64,000 bases of DNA from a virus (Duplodnaviria > Heunggongvirae > Uroviricota > Caudoviricetes), in IMG/VR virus record IMGVR_UViG_3300020048_000019, positions 64,001 through 128,000 of that record, one strand, 5' to 3'. Both the position numbers and the translations under genes were made by a program. The notes beneath the pieces were generated by a model, which was not told the DNA's origin, ran no database searches, and saw only the letters and a program-made list of their open reading frames with translations. Below are positions 57,160 to 64,000 of this stretch, piece by piece (the stretch's first letter is position 1; the number at the start of each line of letters is the position of its first letter).

Positions 57160-58092
57160 ATGCGTCATATTGGTAAAATTGAATTCTACATCACTAACGT
57201 TTGTAATTTAACTTGCGAACAATGCAATCGATACAACAACTACGATTTCCGCGGGTGGCAACGTTGGAGTGACCATCAGGCTGATCATATCGAATGGGCC
57301 AAACGGATCACACTAGATGGCCTTGTTATACTTGGTGGAGAACCTTTATTAAATCCCACAATTACTGATTGGGTACGCGGACTTAATCGTATATTTGGAA
57401 AGCCAGCTCAAATACTTTCAAACGGCACTCGATTAAACGCAGTGTCGGGTCTGTATGATGCCATGCATTTTGACATTGATGGTAGCTCTTTTAAAGAAAA
57501 AAACTGGATAGGTATCACAGCGCACCATATAGATGATATCCCTCAGCATATTGAAGCCATACATCAATTTCTTCAAGGGCCTGTAAAAGATATTTCAAGT
57601 CTTGACCCGTATGGCGCCAGATTGGTATTCATGGACAAGAACGAAACCATAGTACGCTTATGGTTAACTGATACTTTTAATACGTCTAACTTAAAACCAG
57701 CTCCAGTTAAAATAGTAGATCGGCGGGCGTCTACTACTGATCAACTTTCCTTGTATAATAATAATCCTGCAGAAGCTCATGCAGATTGTGGTTTTGCTAT
57801 TTGGAAAAACTATCACATGATCCGTGGCCAATTGTACAAATGTGGACCAGTGGCCTTAATGCCAGAATTTGACAAACAATTTTCTTTAGTATTGTCCGAC
57901 GAGGACCGTGCGCTATTAAACAGTTATCGGCCGCTGTCGCCTTGGGATACTGATCAATTTCATAATGAGTTTTTTGCTGAGCTTGATAACTATATTCCTC
58001 AATGTAAGTTTTGTCCAGTACATACTCAACGCAAATCTATTCCTATACGCCCTGTGACTAAAAAACATGGAAGTAATTCTGTATTTGATTGA
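57160..58092 (+). CDS. Radical SAM protein
   Basis: EFYITNVCNLTCEQC (CxxxCxxC), LGGEPLLNP, SNG, C....G.LYKC, C..C. Confidence 0.9.
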   Translation: MRHIGKIEFYITNVCNLTCEQCNRYNNYDFRGWQRWSDHQADHIEWAKRITLDGLVILGGEPLLNPTITDWVRGLNRIFGKPAQILSNGTRLNAVSGLYDAMHFDIDGSSFKEKNWIGITAHHIDDIPQHIEAIHQFLQGPVKDISSLDPYGARLVFMDKNETIVRLWLTDTFNTSNLKPAPVKIVDRRASTTDQLSLYNNNPAEAHADCGFAIWKNYHMIRGQLYKCGPVALMPEFDKQFSLVLSDEDRALLNSYRPLSPWDTDQFHNEFFAELDNYIPQCKFCPVHTQRKSIPIRPVTKKHGSNSVFD

Positions 58093-59185
58093 CATGTTTT
58101 TAGACAACTTCTATCAAACACACAATGGCGAAATATTTGTAAAAACTCAATGCATTTACCACGAACATGCATTGCATAATCTGTTGGCCAGCATGCTTGG
58201 ACATCTAGGTTATTGCCAATTTGGTGAATTAAATCGGCAATGGGAACGAAATCGCAAGCAAGAATTTTATCAGGTGCGACGGGAAGCAGTAGTTAGTCTT
58301 GCTGATAGTTTTAGATTGTGTGGCAATAATACTCGTGATCCCGAGCAATGGTTTGGTAAAAATGCTGTGATAATCACTGACAATTATGCATTGTTTAAAC
58401 CTGAATATACTATCTGTCAGACTCCTAGCAGCTATTTTGGAATTTTTAACTACGTCCCTAAAAATCAAAAATTTTGTCCTCAACGCCGATTTGGACTATC
58501 TGTAAATAGATTTGACAGATCACGGCAATTGATTCTCCTAGAATTACTTAATCAATCTGGAGGAATTGACACTGTACTGAACGAAGACTATGTTAATTTC
58601 AACGTTTGGGGTCCTGACAGTAATAACAACTCAATACTTGACATACGAAAGACTTTTGCTAATGCATGGGAAGCAAACTCAGTACTGGTGCCTGAATATC
58701 AATCCTACTATGATCAAGCATTTGGTGCAATACCTATTAGGAATCATGAGCTTACAGTAGAGCAGGCACATGTCAGTGCGTTTTTAACATTAGTAATAGA
58801 AACCTATGCTGATGATGTAGTAATTGCACTTAGTGAAAAAATATTTAGAGCGTTAGTTACCCCGGCACCCTGGACAGTGTACGCCGCCCCTAACACAGTG
58901 AATTATCTCAGATCCTTGGATTTTGATGTACTTGATGATCTAGTAGATCATTCGTATGACAGTGCTGTAAATACCTTTTCGTCTAATAGAAACGAAAAAA
59001 TAATCAATTATATCACAAATGGCTTTGCTAACTATGACAATCTGCGTACACAGCCTATTGACCAGCTGACTGCTAGGTGCCAACGAGCAGCCGCACACAA
59101 TCAAGGATTGTTGAACCGCATGCAACAACAATGGCCTGCAGATTTTGCAGCTTGGATACCTTCAGTAATAGCATTGCTCCAATAA
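58067..59185 (+). CDS. Hypothetical protein, possibly glycosyltransferase-like (GT10-type C-terminal motif)
   Basis: LVIETY....LSEKIFRA...P......YLRSL.FDV.DD..DHSYD resembles the GT10-like ..ET...TEK..KP..GF..DESYD pattern; true start may be ATG 58094. Confidence 0.4.
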   Translation: MEVILYLIDMFLDNFYQTHNGEIFVKTQCIYHEHALHNLLASMLGHLGYCQFGELNRQWERNRKQEFYQVRREAVVSLADSFRLCGNNTRDPEQWFGKNAVIITDNYALFKPEYTICQTPSSYFGIFNYVPKNQKFCPQRRFGLSVNRFDRSRQLILLELLNQSGGIDTVLNEDYVNFNVWGPDSNNNSILDIRKTFANAWEANSVLVPEYQSYYDQAFGAIPIRNHELTVEQAHVSAFLTLVIETYADDVVIALSEKIFRALVTPAPWTVYAAPNTVNYLRSLDFDVLDDLVDHSYDSAVNTFSSNRNEKIINYITNGFANYDNLRTQPIDQLTARCQRAAAHNQGLLNRMQQQWPADFAAWIPSVIALLQ

Positions 59186-59205
59186 ATATAACACTGGAGT
59201 TCTTT

Positions 59206-59967
59206 ATGAGTGAAAACACACTACCTGAATTAAAACAAAATTTGATAGAATATGTCAAACTTCAGCTGGGTGACCAAATCATTGATCTTGAACTTGATCC
59301 CAGCCATTATGAAGCAGCGTACCAAAAGACTATCGGTACTTACCGCCAACGGGCCAACAATGCCTACGAAGAAGCCTACATCTTTATGGAGCTGATTGAT
59401 GATCTCAACATCTATACTCTGCCCCAAGAAGTTGCAAGTGTACGCCAGATTTTTCGACGAACATTTGGAAATGCCCAAGGTCCGTTTGCATCAAACTTTG
59501 ATCCGTTTGCACAGGCCAGTATTAACGTTTACCTAATGAACTTTAACACAGCAGGTGGCCTGGCCACATATGACTTCTATGCACAATATGTAGAACTTGC
59601 TGCTAGAATGTTCGGTGGCTTTATGAACTACACATTCAATCCTGTAACCAAGAAGCTGCAACTGATTCGTGATCCCAAGGGTTCTGGCGAGAATGTACTA
59701 CTCTGGACTTGGCAGCTTAAACCTGAAATTCAATTGCTCAGCGATCATCAAATTGGACAATGGATCAAGGATTATATGGTGGCCAACTCCAAGATGATCA
59801 TTGGCGAAGCACGTGAAAAGTTTGCTACAATTGCTGGCCCACAAGGCGGCGGTAGCTTGAACGGTGCAGCAATGAAAGCTGAAGCCAAAGAAGCTATGGC
59901 AGATCTCATTGAGCAGCTCAAGAACTATGTGGATGCAAGTCAGCCGCTGACCTGGGTTATTGGCTAA
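59206..59967 (+). CDS. gp13: Neck protein gp13-like
   Basis: Start ATG 59206 (ATAAATA 59182-88, GGAG SD); IEYVKLQLGDQIIDLEL, W.KDY..A.SK..IG..R.KF..I.GPQGG.SLNG..M..EA..EM..L. Confidence 0.88.
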   Translation: MSENTLPELKQNLIEYVKLQLGDQIIDLELDPSHYEAAYQKTIGTYRQRANNAYEEAYIFMELIDDLNIYTLPQEVASVRQIFRRTFGNAQGPFASNFDPFAQASINVYLMNFNTAGGLATYDFYAQYVELAARMFGGFMNYTFNPVTKKLQLIRDPKGSGENVLLWTWQLKPEIQLLSDHQIGQWIKDYMVANSKMIIGEAREKFATIAGPQGGGSLNGAAMKAEAKEAMADLIEQLKNYVDASQPLTWVIG

Positions 59968-59974
59968 ACAGCCC

Positions 59975-60003
59975 TACACAAACATCAAAAAATCTGTTAT
60001 ACT
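59975..60003 (+). promoter_or_regulatory. Extended -10 sigma70-type promoter, probably leaderless
   Basis: TACACA, 17-nt spacer, TG-t-TATACT, then ATG 5 nt downstream. Confidence 0.55.
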
Positions 60004-60008
60004 ATGGT

Positions 60009-60533
60009 ATGGCAGACTTAATGATCGACTTAGAAGGACTTGCAACAGGTCCCGACACATGCATTTTAACTATTGCGGCTCAAAGCTTTGACCCGTTTGG
60101 ACATGGCCATTCAGGCAAATCTTATTATGCCAGGGTAACTTTGGAAAGCCAGGAAAACAGATCAATTGATCAAGGCACAATTGATTGGTGGGCAACGCAA
60201 CCGGCACATGCACGAGAAGAAGCATTTGCTGAGGAAGGACGCATACCATTAGATCAGGCACTAGACGAATTGGGCCGGCTGATTTGGCACTCCGGGCGCA
60301 TCTGGGCGCAAGGTCCTACGTATGATATGAACATCCTGGAGCATGCTTACAAAAGCTACAACAAACCCCTGCCTTGGAAATACTTTCAAGTATGCGATAG
60401 TCGTACACTGTTTAGATTGTGGCCTGATCAACCTATTCCCCCTACCAGCCACCATGCGCTAGAAGACTGCCGCAGGCAAATTGGCATGTTGCAAAATACA
60501 CTAAAACACCTTAACGTAACTGTACTCAAATGA
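60009..60533 (+). CDS. DEDDh 3'-5' exonuclease (Rv2179c/DUF5051-like)
   Basis: DLMIDLEGL, IWAQGPTYDM.IL, PWKYF.VCDSRT, HHALEDC..Q. Confidence 0.88.
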   Translation: MADLMIDLEGLATGPDTCILTIAAQSFDPFGHGHSGKSYYARVTLESQENRSIDQGTIDWWATQPAHAREEAFAEEGRIPLDQALDELGRLIWHSGRIWAQGPTYDMNILEHAYKSYNKPLPWKYFQVCDSRTLFRLWPDQPIPPTSHHALEDCRRQIGMLQNTLKHLNVTVLK

Positions 60534-61138
60534 ACATCTTTGAAACTCATAAACCATCTGTACAAAAGCCTGAACTACCTAAATTGCTAGTTATTGGCAA
60601 TGCACGCCACGGCAAAGACACAGTATGTGACATTCTCAAACAAGAGTTTGGCTACAACTTTAGATCCAGTTCGGACTTTTGTGCTGAAAAGTTTATCTAT
60701 TCAGAGCTAAAAGACCGGTACGGGTACACCACTTACGAGCAGTGTTTTGAGGATAGACACAATCATCGTGCTGAATGGTACGACATGATTCATGCTTATT
60801 GTAAAGATGACTATGCCAGGCTTGGCCGGGAAATTTTTGCTGAAAACGAAATCTATTGCGGGCTTCGTAACAAAGCAGAGTTCCATGCCATGAAAAACAC
60901 CAGTGTGTTTGACTATACTATTTGGGTAGATCGTAGTGATCATTTGCCCCAAGAAGACAAAAGCAGCATGAACTTGGAAATCTGGATGGCTGATTATGTG
61001 ATTGACAACAACGGTACCCTAGCAGATTTGCAGCGCAATACTCGTGAGCTAATCACACGTCTGGTTGTAGGTCACCAGATCGCCACACCGAGTCAGATTT
61101 CGCTAGATCAACTTCGCAATTACGGCACACAGTTTTAA
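60530..61138 (+). CDS. Deoxynucleoside monophosphate kinase-like P-loop protein
   Basis: LLVIGNARHGKDTVCDIL Walker A variant, GLRNKAE, D.VIDNNGTL.DL. Confidence 0.7.
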   Translation: MNIFETHKPSVQKPELPKLLVIGNARHGKDTVCDILKQEFGYNFRSSSDFCAEKFIYSELKDRYGYTTYEQCFEDRHNHRAEWYDMIHAYCKDDYARLGREIFAENEIYCGLRNKAEFHAMKNTSVFDYTIWVDRSDHLPQEDKSSMNLEIWMADYVIDNNGTLADLQRNTRELITRLVVGHQIATPSQISLDQLRNYGTQF

Positions 61139-61400
61139 GATTCTTGGGCTCACAATGAGTGAGATTTCCGTCCATATGATACACTAGGGTTTGCGCCGAA
61201 TATCGTGCTCTAAAGCTACATCGATCACAAATCATTTTCTTTTTATACCCAGCTGACTCCCAACTGGGTTTTCTTTTGGGCAAGTTTTTACCTTTGCGTA
61301 TACAGTTCTCGCAGCGGCTGCGATAATGCACAACATCGTCACGACGATAGTTTATAGCGCATGGGCGCTGACTACAAACAGTACAAAGAGGTCTTTTCAT
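61053..61400 (-). CDS. Zinc-binding degenerate HNH-like protein
   Basis: Start ATG 61400, 4 nt after TATAAATA (61412-05); CxxC pairs plus VYHMDGN.....NL.TVCRNC. Confidence 0.7.
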   Translation of the reverse strand: MKRPLCTVCSQRPCAINYRRDDVVHYRSRCENCIRKGKNLPKRKPSWESAGYKKKMICDRCSFRARYSAQTLVYHMDGNLTHCEPKNLKTVCRNCEVDLAKSDSVWRSGDLQPDV

Positions 61401-61461
61401 GCAGTATTTATAGGTGGACCTTTGCAAAGGGCAGTGTAGACGGCTGTTTTTTCAATATACC

Positions 61462-61469
61462 TATAAATA
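61462..61469 (+). promoter_or_regulatory. Late promoter TATAAATA for the tail sheath gene
   Basis: Exact consensus followed by an AAGGA SD and ATG 61494; back-to-back with the minus-strand TATAAATA at 61405-12. Confidence 0.8.
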
Positions 61470-61493
61470 TCTGTAACTTAAAAGGAACCCACT

Positions 61494-64000
61494 ATGGCTC
61501 TAGTATCACCCGGCGTAGAAGTAACAGTAATTGACGAGAGTCAATACATCCCTTCAGCAGTCAACACAGTACCTTACTTTGTTGTTGCTACTGCACAGAA
61601 CAAAGTATCCAGTGACGGCTTGACCGTTGCAGCAGGAACTCTTGCAGCAAACGCTAACAAAACATATCTCATTACCAGTCAGCGCGATCTGGCTGCAACC
61701 TTTGGTGTACCGTTCTTCTACAACACTACTACAGGCACTCCAATCAACGGTTACGAACTCAACGAGTACGGCTTGTTGGCTGCATACTCTGCTTTGGGCG
61801 TTACTAACCGCGCTTATGTTCAACGTGTGGACGTCAATCTGACAGAACTTACTGCCAGCCTGAGTCGTCCAGTTGGCACACCAAACAATGGTACTTACTG
61901 GGTTGATGCATTGACATCAACTTGGGGTATCTTTGAATGGAATCAAACAACCAACACATTTACAAACAAAGTGCCAATGGTAATTACTAGTGCCGCCGAT
62001 GTTGAAGGCGGTGATGGGTCTAATCCTATTGCTGACAACGCACCAATTAGCTCGATTGGTAGTATTGGCGATTATGCGATTACCGCAGTAGATGTTCAGA
62101 TTTTTGGTTACTACAAGCGTTATGATAACGTTTGGGTTCAGGTTGGCGGAAATGAGTGGAAAAACGCTTGGCCAACAATAACAAGCACCAACGCTCCGAC
62201 TACTCTGACAGTAGGCAACAATATGTTCATCAATGGTACATTGGTAGCCGTTGATGCCACCAATACCGTTGCCGGATTTGTTAGTGTGATCAATAATGCT
62301 GCAATTACCGGAGTAACTGCTCGATCAGTTAGTGGTAAATTGGCCCTGTACGCAGACGCTTTTGCTTCGAGTGATGGAAGTTCTTTAGTTTTTAACGGAT
62401 TAATTCATATTATTCCAGGACCCAACGGCGGCGCAACATTGTTTACAGCACTTGGTCTGACAGAAAATACCTATGCCGCCCCTGAATATTTCCCAGGCTA
62501 CAGCTATCAAAGCCCACGTTGGAGAACCACAGACGGTGCAAATTCTCGTCCTACAGGATCTGTATGGCAAAACTTGAGCACTGCAAACAACGGCCTGGAT
62601 ATCAGTGTCAAGCAATACAGTACTGCTCTGGGTGTGTTTATTGAACAAAACTGTCCAGCATACGCTCTTGATCGCAATGCAATGCTGGGACTTGACAGCA
62701 CAGGCGGCGGCAAAAATATTCCGGTGGGATCTACCTACGTTTCGTATGATACAGTGAGTTATTTGACAAATCCTATATCAAATACATTTGCCATGGAAAT
62801 CTTTGAACGGTTTGCCATTGGTGCATTAGAAGTTACTGGCGATACTGTGGTCAGTACTGGTACTCCGTTTACCCCAGCTAATGCCTTTGCTATTACTGGT
62901 ACCGCTGCCGGACAAGATACTACTAATTCTGGAACCGCAACAATTGGCGGAACAGGAACAGCAGCGGACTTTGTTGCCGCAGTTAGTTCGGCCAATGTTC
63001 CCTACGTATCTGCAACAGTTAACAGTGCCGGTAAAATTGTGTTTACGCACAGCCAAGGTGGTACAATTACATTACAGAACCAAGGCGGCGGCACCGCAGT
63101 AACTGCTGCAGGTTTTACAGTAAATACTAGCAAATGTCGTCAAGCTTCGACAGTTGCAACGGTATTGGTATTGAGCAATTGGGTAACAACTCCATTGTTT
63201 ACCTACACCGCTAGTGCAACTGCGCCAGATCAGGATCCAGCAGATGGTCGCCTGTGGTATTATAGCAGCGTGACTGATCTGGATATCATGATCCAGGACA
63301 ACGGCACATGGCAAGGTTATCAAAACGTTACCAATGATGTTCGTGGTTTTGATCTAAGCTTGACTAATGCAACTGGTCCTATTGTTGCTGCAACAGCACC
63401 ATTGACACAAAATGACACTGCAGAAAGTCCTTTGCAGCAAGGCGACTTGTGGCTGGACTCCAGTGACTTAGAAAACTATCCAGTGATCTATCGTTGGGAA
63501 TTAGTAAGTGGACAACAACAATGGATATTGATCGACGACACTGATCAAGTTACTGAAAATGGTGTGTTGTTTGCAGACGCACGCTGGGCTCCTAATGGAA
63601 CAACTGATCCAGTATCAGCAGCTTTCCCAACTATTGAAAGCTTGCTAACCAGCGATTATTTGGACCTTGATGCTCCAAACCCAGCATTGTACCCACAAGG
63701 TATGTTGTTGTTTAACACACGCCGTAGCGGATATAACGTCAAGAGTTTCCAGAGCAACTACTTTAATGCTACTAGCTATCCTGATGATGTGTTACCAGTT
63801 GTGCAGTCTACTTGGCTCAGCGCTAGCGGTAATCGCGACAACGGTGCTATGTGGGGCGGTCGCCTTGCACAGCGTCAATTGATTGTTAAAGCACTCAAAG
63901 CTGGCATTGATACTAGCATTGCAGCACGTGAAGAACAAAATCAGTTCAACATTATTGCTGCTCCGGCATATCCTGAATTGACACCCAACATGATTGCACT
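61494..64000 (+). CDS. gp18: Tail sheath protein gp18 (partial, runs off the window end)
   Basis: Manual translation MALVSPGVEVTVIDESQY..., ITSQRDL..TFG.P.FY, ELNEYGLLAAYS.LG..NRAYVQR; the window ends in ...NIIAAPAYPELTPNMIAL. Confidence 0.92.
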   Translation, partial: MALVSPGVEVTVIDESQYIPSAVNTVPYFVVATAQNKVSSDGLTVAAGTLAANANKTYLITSQRDLAATFGVPFFYNTTTGTPINGYELNEYGLLAAYSALGVTNRAYVQRVDVNLTELTASLSRPVGTPNNGTYWVDALTSTWGIFEWNQTTNTFTNKVPMVITSAADVEGGDGSNPIADNAPISSIGSIGDYAITAVDVQIFGYYKRYDNVWVQVGGNEWKNAWPTITSTNAPTTLTVGNNMFINGTLVAVDATNTVAGFVSVINNAAITGVTARSVSGKLALYADAFASSDGSSLVFNGLIHIIPGPNGGATLFTALGLTENTYAAPEYFPGYSYQSPRWRTTDGANSRPTGSVWQNLSTANNGLDISVKQYSTALGVFIEQNCPAYALDRNAMLGLDSTGGGKNIPVGSTYVSYDTVSYLTNPISNTFAMEIFERFAIGALEVTGDTVVSTGTPFTPANAFAITGTAAGQDTTNSGTATIGGTGTAADFVAAVSSANVPYVSATVNSAGKIVFTHSQGGTITLQNQGGGTAVTAAGFTVNTSKCRQASTVATVLVLSNWVTTPLFTYTASATAPDQDPADGRLWYYSSVTDLDIMIQDNGTWQGYQNVTNDVRGFDLSLTNATGPIVAATAPLTQNDTAESPLQQGDLWLDSSDLENYPVIYRWELVSGQQQWILIDDTDQVTENGVLFADARWAPNGTTDPVSAAFPTIESLLTSDYLDLDAPNPALYPQGMLLFNTRRSGYNVKSFQSNYFNATSYPDDVLPVVQSTWLSASGNRDNGAMWGGRLAQRQLIVKALKAGIDTSIAAREEQNQFNIIAAPAYPELTPNMIA

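Noticed and set aside
59077-59205. Track-proposed long N-terminal extensions (gp13 from 59077; also 21762, 15922, 32959, 35041, 55976, 61427)
   Set aside because: Downstream ATGs have SD or late-promoter support and coincide with the start of recognisable domains; the extensions overlap neighbouring genes or promoters.
1-64000. Alternative genetic code, integrase/transposase, DGR or reverse transcriptase
   Set aside because: Core genes are full length in the standard code, and no recombinase, transposase or RT motifs or template/variable repeat pair were seen.

Overview
This window is a 64-kb segment of a large T4-like myovirus (Tevenvirinae/Kyanoviridae-type core, standard genetic code), covering most of the virion morphogenesis region. 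It holds a leftward baseplate operon (gp48/54-like, gp53, hub, gp5-like, unknown, gp25, gp6), the late sigma factor gp55, gp47/gp46 split by an AT-rich cassette, gp26/gp51-like chaperones, a tape-measure protein with an M15 peptidase domain, portal-protease-scaffold-major capsid, about 17 kb of G/N/T-rich fibre-like genes flanked by glycosyltransferase-like genes, neck/terminator genes gp15/gp14/gp13 and the 5' part of the gp18 sheath. No tRNA, rRNA, CRISPR array, integrase or intron was seen. All homology calls come from motifs recognised by eye, not database searches. The strongest leads are: (1) a ~470-nt ORF-free, hairpin-dense region directly behind a small GIY-YIG gene (candidate large ncRNA or RNP system); (2) a canonical T TTT TTC -1 frameshift site that would fuse gp26 to the gp51-like ORF, like the G/GT tail-chaperone frameshift; (3) a tightly packed DUF1415-like / minimal Ate1-Bpt-like transferase / DUF6614-like trio; (4) an abrupt synonymous codon shift in the last 33 codons of the capsid gene next to an HNH homing endonuclease; (5) late promoters placed so that many mRNAs would be leaderless.
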